Shown here: in pieces, positions 1-11,879 of the stretch | How the letters are laid out: each line of letters opens with the position of its first letter | Numbering within the stretch: the first letter of the stretch is position 1 | NCBI RefSeq assembly: GCF_001194135.2 | Contig: NC_068990.1 | Coordinates: 36,856,299 to 36,903,337, forward strand | Source: Octopus bimaculoides | Taxonomy: Eukaryota | Length of the DNA: 47,039 nt | Direction of reading: 5' to 3' | Position numbers and translations under genes: made by a program | Notes under the pieces: model-generated | What the model was told of the DNA's origin: nothing | The model's input: the letters and a program-made list of their open reading frames with translations, nothing else | Database searches by the model: none

Positions 1-42
<42 letters not shown>

Positions 43-395
43 ATATATATATATATATACAAAATCATACTCATGTTGCTGATGTCAAGAATTTATAAAC
101 CTTCAAGAGGACGTGAGATAATCCATTTTTGAAACAGTGCTTCTCAAAGCACCTATAGGTATGAATAACAGCTTGTAAATTTTGTGTTGCAAAACTCTTT
201 TGGATACAAGTTGAATGCTTCCCATGGAACTCGAATTCAGATCTTCTGCAGACATTACAGATTTCCACTGTTGCATATGTGAATTATGCACTATGATTCA
301 ATTACTTTATTTCTGTTGTCCATGCATGCATTGTTATACAAATTAAACTAGTTTAGTTTTATATAAATTTGTACACCTTATAATTATCCAAATCT

Positions 396-677
396 CACAG
401 AATTCCTCTCAACACATGGCTGTGATACTCCCCCACTACTTCTGCTCATGATCAGAGATGCACTAAGGGACATGCTCAACTAGTTAAAGTCAAATAACTG
501 ACAATCAAATCTGTGGTATTGAGCAGAATATTTGCTGTAGCCAATTTTTTATACCAAGACAAAGCATTGTACATGATAACACTTCCAATCAGTTAAGATG
601 AGGAGCCATGAGAGCTACTGCCTGGTACTGCATCAAGGCATTTATTATTATTATTATTATTATTATCATCATCATCA
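396..677 (+). mobile_element. Interspersed retroposon 3' fragment ending in an (ATT)n(ATC)n tail
   Basis: Non-coding block ending cctggtactgcatcaaggcatt(tat)n. Resembles a common octopus repeat (recalled, not searched). Confidence 0.45.
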
Positions 678-1802
678 TCTTTTCTCTGAAATAGTTTGCC
701 ACCCTTCTCCAGTTCATTGCCTCACCATCACCACAAGACAATAGGAGGAACTGTTGCTAGAAACCTGTAGTCCCCTCTGTGTCCAAGGAGGTGAATGTTC
801 TGTTTCTCTGTACCGTATTAGATCTGCTTCCCATGCTGGTGGCTCTAAGGCTCATGAGTGCCTATTAAATGACACCAGCATCGGCCACAATTATCTTGAA
901 GCTACAAAATAATGCATGATTAATTAAAAAAAAATGTAAGTACATTTGACAGCAATCTGAATGTTAGAAGGTTATGAAATTTCTCACAGCTTAGTTGAAA
1001 TATCAAAGCCATGGGATTGTACTTTAACTTAGAGGATGGTAAAGCAAACTCCTTCACTACACACTTATACTTCAATCCATTGCTAGCAACAGAATATTTA
1101 CTACTAATTGTGTAGATGTTAATATAACAATTTATAAACTTAGTCAACCAGAACTTCTACAATAGTTGCACAAATGTAGACTCTGTACGATAATTTTTTT
1201 CACTGAATATTATTCCTAGCACACATAATATTTTACAGTAAACTTTTAATCAATAAAATGGTTCTTCTTTTTCTTCTTCCCCACCTTCACCTTCCTCCTC
1301 TCTTCTTCCACCTTCTTATATTACATTTATATCAAATTTATATCCAACCCTCTGTACTTGTATCTATGTTACATTTCTGCAGCATAAGTTTCTGTTACTT
1401 GTTTGTTTTTATTGTGATTATTTTTTAAATTTTTATTTATATTTGCATTTTTACTTTCTGTATTCTTTCTCTCGTCTTTTTTGCCCGAAGCAAAAAAGTA
1501 ATTGTAAGAAAGAATCTATAAAGCTTCTCAAATTTTATTTATATCATTGAAAATAGTAAAGGGGAAAAATATATCTGTTTGCCTAATTCATCTTTGAGTA
1601 TTTGTGCCTGTGTGTATGTGTATACTTTTGTATGGGTGTGAGTGTGTATGTGAGCTTGAATCAATCTATCTATCTATCTATCTGTCTGTCTGTCTGTTCA
1701 TCTGTCTATCTATTTATTTATCTGTCTGTCTGTCTCTCTCTCTCTCTTTCTCTCTGCATAGATATAAATTCTCATATGTTCCATCTTCTGTCTTTCATTT
1801 GC

Positions 1803-1833
<31 letters not shown>

Positions 1834-2355
1834 NNNNNNNNNNTATATATATATATATATATATATATGCTCATGCATATATATAAACGCACACACACAC
1901 ATAAATACATAAACACATACAAAAACATGTATGCATATCCAGGGATTTAGTTTAACCAAAGCAAATTGCTTATTCCTTTTTTTTCCCCTTCTTAATCTCT
2001 AAGAAAGATAACATGTCTTATCTATTTATGTATTGTTTCTGATAAATAAAATGAGAAAAAATTAAGCCATGCAAGAATAAAAAAAAAAATTATGATTCCT
2101 TGTAAAATAAAATATAAATAAAATAAAAGGGAGCAGGACAGAGAGAAGGAAATAAGGGGAAAAAAGGGTTTGCTGTAAAATGGGAGAGGAAGAAAGGGGG
2201 AGGGTGGGAGAGAAAGAAAGGGAGGAGGAAAAGTTTTTAAATAATGTTAATCGATTATTCAGATATAGCACCATATATTCTTAAGTTCATACTCAATTTG
2301 ATGAGTCAACTATTTATTTAATTAAATTTGAACTCTTAATGAGAAGAAAACCCAC

Positions 2356-2400
2356 CTATGGTAATGACAGTTTTTGTAAACGACAATAAAAGAAGGAACC
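2356..2400 (-). CDS. Candidate 45-nt exon reading FLLLLSFTKTVITI or VPSFIVVYKNCHYH depending on frame
   Basis: cttaaatttcag|45 nt|gtgggt. Two frames are open. Confidence 0.55.
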   Translation of the reverse strand, partial: GSFFYCRLQKLSLP

Positions 2401-2570
2401 CTGAAATTTAAGTCTTGTAGCAATGAAGTAAACTAATCTTTGATAAGTATAAATACAACTTTACACACATTTCAGTCATGTTAGTGCTCATCAGCTAAAT
2501 ATAACTTGATACATGATTACCACAACATAGAATGACTGAGAGAATATTGTTTTTGTGTGAAAATCATTAC

Positions 2571-2694
2571 CTAATATCCAAAGACTGGGGTGGTATGTTT
2601 CTAGGAAGCTTAGTTTTTCCATATTAATATTTCAAGTTCAAAATACAGTTTGTTGATTTTCTTTCAATATCTCTTTGCGCTAATATATTTCTAT
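2571..2694 (-). CDS. Candidate exon. Either 2571-2694 with ATG at 2622-2620 (MEKLSFLETYHPSLWIL-G) or a short 2571-2600 form (NIPPQSLDI-R)
   Basis: Donor TAG|gtaatg at 2570. Acceptors aaagttttag (exon start 2694) or cttcctag (exon start 2600). ATG context taatATGG. A 170-nt intron separates it from the next exon. Confidence 0.45.
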
Positions 2695-2952
2695 CTAAAA
2701 CTTTGATGAATAATCTAGTGTATAAAAGAAAGCCCTTGCCTACCCTGTTTGTCTATTACATGACCCGTTACCAAATTCTTAACTGATAACCTCATGACTT
2801 GTCAAACAACACAATGGGGATGCTTCTATGCAGTTGCTTAATCTACAAGAAACAACAACCTCATCGTTCTGAAATTACACCCTGTTGTATTAAAAACAAA
2901 GGGTGTGTTACATGATGTAATTTGCAGAGATAACTTTAAAAGGATGAGATAA

Positions 2953-3089
2953 TCGACCCCCAGGACTTATTCTTTGTAAGCCTAGTACTTATTCTATCGG
3001 TCTCTTTTTGCCGAAACGCTAAGTTACGGGGATGTAAACACACCAGCATCGGTTGTCAAGCAATGGTGGGGGACAAACACAGACACAAT

Positions 3090-3125
<36 letters not shown>

Positions 3126-3289
3126 GTATATATACGACGGGATTCTTTCAGTTTCCATCTACCAAATCCACTCACAAGGCTTTGGTCGGCCCAAGGCTAT
3201 AGTAGAAGATACTTGCCCAACCTGCCACGCAGGACTGAACCCAGAATCATGTGATTAGTAAGCAAGCTACTTATCACACAGCCACTCCT
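2953..3289 (-). mobile_element. tRNA-headed SINE family A (CORE-like centre, internal TA/CA microsatellite), 3'-truncated
   Basis: Reverse-complement match to the full copy at 43179-43580 (aggagtggctgtg..., gggcaagt.tcttctactatagcc, gacaaccgatgctggtg, gaataagtactaggcttacaaagaataagtcc). Confidence 0.9.
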
Positions 3290-3299
3290 GAGCCTATAA

Positions 3300-3901
3300 T
3301 TATTATCATCAATATCTCAACACTATGAAATAAAGGAGTATCCATCACCAAGAGATTGCTGTTTATCAATATAAATGTGCAAAGTGCTGAGCAAGATTTT
3401 CTTTGGTGGAAAACTGCAAGGAAGCCTCCTCTTTCCATTGCCACAAATGTTGTCCACAGGAATGCAATGTACTTTAGATGCTGATACAGCTTGTCACTGT
3501 GTTGTCCCTGTCAGAATGGAAAATGACATTTTTTCTGATACTCTTATGGCACCTGTGTCCAGCGTCGCCTTACTGGCACTTGTGCCCGTGGCATGAGTAA
3601 GGACTTTTGAGCGAGATCGTTGCCAGTGCCCCTGGACTGGCTCTCGTGCGGGTGGCACATAAAATATACCATTTTGAGCGTGGCTATTGCCAGTACCGCC
3701 TGACTGGCTTTCATTCCTGTGGCACGTAAAAGCACCCACTACACTCTCAGAGTGGTTGGCGTTAGGAAGGGCATCCAGCTGTAGAAACTCTGCCAAATCA
3801 GATTGGAGCCTGGTGTAGCCATCTGGTTTCACCAGTCCTCAGTCAAATCGTCCAACCCATGGAAAGCAGACATTAAGCGATGATGATGATGATGATGATG
3901 A
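3300..3901 (+). mobile_element. RTE-type LINE relic: degenerate RT fragment plus 3' UTR with ~65-bp internal repeats and (GAT)n tail
   Basis: The 3' block ggcgttaggaagggcatccagctgtagaaac...gatgatgat recurs at 8340-8490 and 19119-19300. The RT assignment of 3300-3540 is weak. Confidence 0.75.
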
Positions 3902-4603
3902 CGCTAACAATTCCAGTTATTCATCATTCTGGATTGTACTTTCTTTTTCATCAAACATGAAAAGACAAAGGCAAAGTTGACCTCACCAAAAGCAGAACTT
4001 TTGAGTGAAGCAAATCCTATGAGACATTCTATCCAATGCTTTACCACTCTTCTAGTTCACCAGCTACAATATAAATTACAAATATATACATAATTAAATA
4101 ATCTTACTTATCACATATATATTATAGGAAATTATTGTAAGTATACTTAGAACAATATTATAGCACATAGCAATTAATGCCTCCAGCAGAGGTGTAAATT
4201 TTGAGTGTAATAGGTGAGCACTGTGCACTTACAAAACAATCAATTTTCTTTGTAATAATTCTGCTCCTGTAATATTATGATATAATTTGTTGGTACAACA
4301 TCATAATAGCATATACTCAGAAACAAATATAAAGTCAAGTTGAAGTCATATTATGTATAGAAATAGCCTGAAGTGTGGTACTTATACCAGAGTAGCTGAA
4401 AATGTACCCCAAAAGTATCCACTACATTAAGTCTAGGCCCCCGAATGCTTACACACATGCACGCATTCACACACACACACACTCTTAAGGTTTTAGATAA
4501 GAGTCTCTGTGTCTACTAATTCATAGATAACTCTCCTGCTAAAAAATATTTTGAATCTGTAAAATACAATAAAATATTTTTGTGAAATCCTAATATTCTT
4601 CTC

Positions 4604-4730
4604 TACTCTAGGAACAAGGCCCAAAATTTCTGGGGAGGGGGCAAGTCGATTAGATCGACCCCAGTATGCAACTGGTACTTAATTTATCGACCCTGAAAGG
4701 ATGAAAGGCAAAGTCAATCTCAGCAGTGTG
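4604..4730 (-). mobile_element. SINE family B fragment (core gtcgactttgcctttcatcctttcggggtcgat)
   Basis: Matches the reverse complement of the 22204-22437 copy. Confidence 0.8.
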
Positions 4731-5429
4731 AAATCCTAATATTGAGAAGGAAACTGATTTAAAACAGCCAAAATAATTTCTCGATATGTGAGGTAGAGAG
4801 TATAATGAAACAGCATCTTTCCATATCATTAAAGGATGCTTCTTGAATTTACTGAACGGATGAGAAAATGGAAATCCATCAGTTCCAACCCAATCCAACT
4901 GTAAATTCAAAATAGATTTTGAGAACAGATCAAACAAAATTGCTTTGTGTCTATATCGTGAAATTCTTTCGTGTATGGAATGATGGTCCACCAGACAAAA
5001 GTGGGCATTATGAGGACATTTATAAAGGAGCAGCAAAGCATTACACCAGCATATATGATATCACAAAAACTTAGATCAAGAGTCAAACCACAATATCAAA
5101 AGCACCTATGTGATTGATACAGACGAGGGATTTATTCAGGTTCCAAATCAAAATGGTGTCACAAAATTTGAATGCAGACGGATATACAGGAATCATCACC
5201 AAGACATGGTTCAGACACCTACGACTATTAAGAGTTATGGGCTTGCAAAGGAATGATGGGCTTTTCTTAAGGCCTTCCATTGTCTGGCTGGATCTCCTGA
5301 GGATTTGACAGTTTCTTGCTGATATATATAGTTCCCTTATATTTGAACTTTCTATGGATTGGTAACTAACCAGTATTTTCATTGGATTTTGCTATCCCTA
5401 AATGAGGTTTATAACCTTAGATCGCTGAC

Positions 5430-5607
5430 CACTACATTTATATTTTTTCCTCCTTGTTTCTCTCTTTATTTCTTACTGTATTATTTCAGTTGAAGAGCGT
5501 AGCTCAAAACGTCAAAGACTTTCTCTATTCCTGAGCGTTAAACTAATACATCCATTTGTTGTTTACACCACCTGTCTTCGTCTGTTGTTTTTTTCATAAA
5601 TTCTCCC

Positions 5608-5610
<3 letters not shown>
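5430..5610 (+). mobile_element. Penelope-like element terminal-repeat relic with a degenerate hammerhead-like motif
   Basis: ttgaagagcgtagctcaaaacgtc (TGAAGA...[G]AAACGTC pattern). A related sequence lies on the minus strand at 15232-15336. Confidence 0.5.
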
Positions 5611-5638
<28 letters not shown>

Positions 5639-5686
5639 CTGAACTACAAAAGAAACAGTTCTATATTTAAGAGATGAGGAATTATG

Positions 5687-6002
5687 TACATTATTTACAT
5701 TTGACGGATATTTGTCCTCATCATGTTTGTTGTTAACACAACGTTTTGGCTGATATACCCTCCAGCCTTCATCAGGTGTCTTGGGAAAATTTCTTATCTG
5801 GGTTCTCATTCCTAAGGTACTTTTCGATGTTATAATAATAATAATAATAATAATAACAACAACATCGAAAAATACCTAAGAATGAGAACCCAGGTTCGAA
5901 AATTCCCCAAGACACCTGATGAAGGCTGGAGGGTATATCAGCTGAAACATTATTAACAACAAACAAGATGAGGACAAATATCCGTCAAATGTAAATAATG
6001 TA
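5687..6002. mobile_element. Inverted pair of Penelope-like pseudo-LTR segments (arms 5687-5831 and 5861-6002, (TAA)n spacer) with hammerhead-like cores
   Basis: The arms are reverse complements with few mismatches. Each contains gacacctgatgaaggctggagggtatatcagc. Confidence 0.8.
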
Positions 6003-7266
6003 AATATTGCATACAAAAGAATATAAACTTCCAACTCTGTAACGTGGACCGTACCGTCAAATACACCACTGTATTTCTATGTAAATATGTGAATTTCTAT
6101 GTAAACATAATGCGAACTACTGCCTAAATTCACCCTTCCTGAAAAAAAATCCTCCTGAGGATGACTATATTCACCTATCCACAATTGGACGAAATAACAT
6201 GGATCTTGGAATACATCACAGGAAATCTGTAGCTTATTCCCCTTCCTATACCCAAATAATTAAAAAAAGTTGTGCTTCACTAACATCCTCATGTTTGCTC
6301 CTATTCTTTCTCTGTCAAAATTGTCAACTGAATCTAATAATTTGGAAAATAACTTTATGCAAAACTTGTAGAAAATATTTGAACACAGGACAGTGAGAAC
6401 TGGAATGAATTCAGTAAACGAATCTCTCTGATATTCTAGAAATTCTGCTAGTTCCTTGCTTTCCTTAGTAACAGCGATGATAGTGGAAGAAAGGAGAATA
6501 TGAATAGATCATTTAAAAAAAAATAGGCATACATTTCTAAACAAATANNNNNNNNNNAAAATGAATTAAAATAACACACACCAACACACACACATACGCA
6601 TGCATGCACATACACATTATAATAACAATGACAACAGCAAGACACAAGGAACTCATCCCTATAAGAGTATAGAATTTATTTTGTTTTATTCATTCATTTA
6701 TTTATTTTTTGTATGAACATAAGAAATGACAAAAACCACTAAAAACATCAATAACACTTGACAGATTTAAGAGGATGTATTAAAAACATACAAAGTACAC
6801 ACACACACATTCATACACACACATACATACTCATACGCACACTTCTATATGTTTATGTAGAGAGACAATGGAAATGGTGAGAGAAACAGTCAAGATTAAA
6901 ATATATTGACAACTAAATAATGAAATAAAAGGTTTACTTTCGTTATCACCTAGTTTGATTGACTGAAATGGTTTTCCTTTCTTGTGTCAAAAATATTTAA
7001 TGAGAGTAAATAAATCGAGAAAAATGAGACCCCTGCAATAAAATAAAAATACTTATGACAGAAGTAAAAAAATTGAAAGATGAATAAATCCAAAATTTTA
7101 GAAGAAAAACACTAAGTGAATACGATTGTATATTTGTGTGTGTGTGTGTATTTGTATGAGTGTGTGTGTGCATGAGTGCATGGTGCACATACACATATAT
7201 ATATGCATATATGTACTATTATACATATAGTATACATGCATATATGCACAACATACATGTATATAC

Positions 7267-7318
<52 letters not shown>

Positions 7319-7342
7319 TGCATATATATGTATGTGTATTTC

Positions 7343-7373
<31 letters not shown>

Positions 7374-7376
7374 TCT

Positions 7377-7408
<32 letters not shown>

Positions 7409-7518
7409 GAGAATCAATATAATTCCATTTGGATATAGAATTTAAATGATATGAGTATGGGCCCAAATTGCTCTGTAGAGTCAGTGTTGATGTTGGAATT
7501 TATATTTTAATAACTTAC

Positions 7519-7590
7519 ATTTCAAATTCCAACACATTAAAAGATGAATTTATGGAGACATTGCCACTACTTATTCTCTGAAGTATAAAG
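7519..7590 (-). CDS. Candidate 72-nt exon FILQRISSGNVSINSSFNVLEFE (coding in model 1, 5' UTR in model 2)
   Basis: gatttgttacag|72 nt|gtaagt. One open frame (phase 2 to 2). Confidence 0.5.
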
Positions 7591-8094
7591 CTGTAACAAA
7601 TCAGTAATAATTCCAAAACCTTCACAACTTTTTCAAAGATCTAAGATTAACGATCAGCATTAACACTTTTCTAACAGTCATAAACTTTTAGATGTAACAC
7701 TTAAATGTAAACAATTCAGTTTCACCATGTAAAAAACCCAATAAAATCCTTTACTGAATTCACAAAATTTCAAAATATATTTTATATTATATACATTCTG
7801 TAATCTTGAGCAGAAAATGCTTTCCATCTATTTCCCATGTACTTTTAAATAAATAACTCTTTCCAGATGCCTCAAATCCTTACAAAACTTAATCTAATTG
7901 AAGTAGAAATTTTATCAATAAAAAAATGGTGGATTATACAAGAGTGTATTTGTTGAAAAAATTGCACAAAAAATGGATTTGAAGTGTATTCATTCCGATC
8001 ACAGGGCCTCAACAGACTCCTGCGTCGTTATTTTTCGTCACTACCTCCCCGGTCCAGGATTCGAACTCACAACCCCATGATGTGAGCAATATAT

Positions 8095-8490
8095 TGTGCT
8101 TGAGAAGATCTGTGAAGTCAAGTGAAACCATAGTCATGGCCAATGCCAATGTCATGTAATTTGAACCTATGCCGGTGGCATGTAATAAGGCACCCTTTTT
8201 ATGTACCTCATGAGGGCAATGATAAGTGACCAAGACCCTTGGTGATATGCTGTGTTTGAGAAGCCCCATCATGTCAAGTGAAATCTAAGTTATGTCATGT
8301 AACTGGTACCCATGCTAGTGGCATGTTAAAAGCACCTATCACACTCTTGGATGTTAGGAAGGGCATCCAGTCATAGAAGCCATGTCAAATCAGATTGAAA
8401 CCTGGTGTAGCCCTACAGCTTACCAGTTTCAATCAAACCATCTAACCCATGCCAGCAAGGAAAGCAGACGCTAAAAGATGTTGATGATGA
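8095..8490 (+). mobile_element. RTE-type 3' end (older copy), preceded at ~8010-8090 by a minus-strand tRNA-derived SINE head
   Basis: gttaggaagggcatccagtcatagaagcc...ccatgccagcaaggaaagcagacg...gatgatga. B-box reverse complement ggattcgaac at ~8058. Confidence 0.7.
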
Positions 8491-8995
8491 TCCACCTTTT
8501 AATTTACAAGTCAACACCACCACTAATCAAAATTTTCCAAACTTCAACAAATATATCAACTTCTCAATACTAATACCACAAAATTTATAACAGGCGTGCT
8601 GTGTGGTAAGTAGCTAGCTTACCAACCACATGGTTCTAGGTTCAGTCACAATGAGCATAACAAATTTTTAATCCTTTGTTCACATTTATTTAATAAAACA
8701 AACTTTCCACATACAAATCCTACAAAAATAATTTTCCTAGGCCAAACTAATATTAATGCCTCTGTTCTCTTATGGACTCTCCTACCCCTACAGGAATCAT
8801 CTCTTATGTAACATATCAAGTACTCATTGCTTCACAAATCTTTTATTCATAACTATTGCTCCTAATTTAATTAAATTTAACTGAATTAATCCTAATATTA
8901 TCAAGAAATCACTACAGAGTTGAGCATTAATTTATTACACACATCCATTAGAACGACCTTCTCTCAGTCTCACTTTGTTAAGTTACCTTCAAATT

Positions 8996-9049
8996 TCTTC
9001 TCTGTGTTAACTTATGACTTAGTAAGGTGATAAGTTAACACAGAGAAGA
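8996..9049. other. Perfect 20-bp inverted repeat with 14-nt loop
   Basis: tcttctctgtgttaacttat (8996-9015) is the exact reverse complement of ataagttaacacagagaaga (9030-9049). Confidence 0.95.
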
Positions 9050-10734
9050 CATAGTAGTACACTTCCATTACATCTGTGTTGTAATTATAGAAGCACATAT
9101 ACAACAGTAAATTCCACTATTCTCTCTATTCACTGTACTAGCATACTTTCTCACTTTCAGACATCTTAATCTGTCAGGGGCTGTGGCATTGACAAGTTTA
9201 TACTAAATCTTAGGAGGTACTTTGAAATGTTAGTCATCTACAACCTCTATTACATTGTCTTCATAGGGAAATACTAAATGTTTATAACTCCACCTCTATC
9301 ACGGTATTTTGTAGAAGTCTACCAAAATAATTCAACGTCTAATGAGAATGCTGGAGAACAAACCGTTTCATAAAAATGTTAATGAATTAATTTTTGCATG
9401 GGTCAATATAAACTTATATGTTCAATTCAATGCATATAGTGATGAATTAGTTCCTCTAGCCATTCAAAGTGATCATAAACTTGAATAAAGTTATATGACG
9501 TTTTCCTTTTTTCCATCTGATTGCTATTATTCTATGATAAATGCACCAACAAATTGATTAGTAAATCATCTCTGGCTTACAGTCTATATGGAATGCCCTG
9601 CGGATTTAAACAATACGGATTCCCATTTTCCTCATTTTGTCATCCTGCTAGCTACGCTTTAACAGAGTGTTGTCTAATGTATTTGCTGAATTTCTTTACT
9701 CCCTACTTTCTATAAATTTCTTTCTTTCTCTCACTTTCTCTCTTACAAGCTATCTACTTGTCTGACTATCTATCTTTCTGTCTGTCTGTCTAAGTATCAA
9801 TCTATCTATCTACCTATCTATCTATCTATCTATCCTATCTATCTATCTATCTATCATATCCATGTAAAAGGTATAAAATAAATCATACATTTAAAATAAA
9901 AACAAGAAAATCATATAAATTTGCTATATAGTTCATAATTCAATTACTTTCAACAGTTGTTTTCATTGGGAATAAATGTCATTAATTTCATAATTATTTG
10001 ATTAAGATACATTAGTAATTAATATAAATTCTGTAACTTAACCACACACACAAATATCTGCACAAGTATGGCTGTATGGATGAAATTATGAAATAGGTGA
10101 AACTAGTCTAGTCTAGTGATTCTAGAGATGGTCATTGGGTGGTTATCTCCCTGTCAGTATACATGCATATTGCATTCCTCTTATAGAATTAAGAGTCTTT
10201 AACTCTTATTTCTAGTAATATAGGTGGCTTCAGCACCCTCAGTCACATTTAGAGATGAAAAGCATTTTGCTTCTGTTATTATATTGCACCTAGCTATACA
10301 TACATACGTGTGTGTGTATGTATGTATGTATGTGTGTGTGAATGTATGTATGTATGTATGAATATAAATTCTTTGCTCCTTATTCAATGTGGAGGACAAT
10401 TTACAATAATCAGTCTCCCAAATTTTGTAAAGCCATGCAACGATCCTTTCTCCTTCTTCCATTTCTCCAAAACAATGCCAGTTGGCTCATTTGGTATTGT
10501 GCAGTTATTGCATGGTCTCTACATGATTACATGAACTTTCTTCTAAGCACAACCAATATGAGGACAAGGACAGGATGAATTTCAGTTGAACACGATGAAA
10601 TTTTGCATTTCTTTAATATTTGATTTCATACTACTGGCAATTCCTATCAAATGATTGGATTTCAGTCAATTCACGAATACATATGCAGATGCATATAAAT
10701 ACATACACACATACAGGTATGTAGGCATCTGTGA

Positions 10735-10774
<40 letters not shown>

Positions 10775-11206
10775 TGTAACATACTTATCCAGCTGCACAC
10801 CTTAATGTGCCTCTGTTTGTATATTTGTACAAATGTATGTTTCTGTCATTGTGTTAATAACAAAAAAGACTGCAATGTCCATTTGTTGAATATGCCATCA
10901 TAGCTAACAAGTGTGATAATGTTTAAACTGATGTAGAATTTATTGTATTGAAGCAACACACATTTTGTCTTTAAGAGATTTTTTCCTCTACAACACAGAT
11001 CATACAATGCAAAGAACACATTATTACCACAACATATAATACCTACTATATATATATATATATGATATGGCATATGTGATAGCAAAAGTAATGTGATTAT
11101 ATAAATGCTTCAGTATATAATACAAAGCATGCCAATGAAATATCCATGATAGAACGTCGAAGAATATACCAGCCATGATACGATATTGATGACACTACAA
11201 ATAGGA

Positions 11207-11360
11207 TTAAGGCAGTGAGCCAGCAGAATCATTAGCAGGTTAGACAAAATGTTCAATGGTATTTCATATGTCTTTATATTCTGAGTTCAAATTCCACTGA
11301 GGTTGACTTTTCCTTTTATCCTTTCCAGGTGAATAAAATAAATACCAGTTGAGTTATATT
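11207..11360 (+). mobile_element. SINE family B, degenerate copy
   Basis: ggcagtgagccagcagaatcattagc...tctgagttcaaattccactgaggttgacttttccttttatcc. Confidence 0.75.
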
Positions 11361-11643
11361 ATTCTGTACCAGCTACATCAATTATGGTGTCTACAGTCAA
11401 AGAAGAGGAAGATCTTGGTCTTTTTTCTTCTTGTTCCACTCATTGCATCAACCTTCCTTGAGTTTTTTCTTCTCATTTTTTCCTCATGTTTTCTCGTAGT
11501 CCAGTGTTCTGGTTTTTAAACACATCTAAAGGATAAACTGAGCTTGAAAGATTGCTTTGAGATACATGACATGTTTTATAAATCTGCCAATCAATGTATC
11601 ATAGAGCATGAAACTATTTGCAACCCTTTCACAATTGTGTGTA

Positions 11644-11682
<39 letters not shown>

Positions 11683-11726
11683 GGATGTTATAGTATATGT
11701 TATATCTATATGTATGTATATATATA

Positions 11727-11789
<63 letters not shown>

Positions 11790-11837
11790 ATGTACATATG
11801 TGTGTGCATATATATATATATTATATATGTGTACATA

Positions 11838-11873
<36 letters not shown>

Positions 11874-11879
11874 CCTTTA

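Noticed and set aside
2356-2400. Resemblance of FLLLLSFTKTVITI to cystinosin, and of EICNVC (71-268) to ATRAID
   Set aside because: Only a few residues match. The diagnostic downstream motifs (KYxPQ; RCC...GLDL) are absent, so no gene symbol is assigned.
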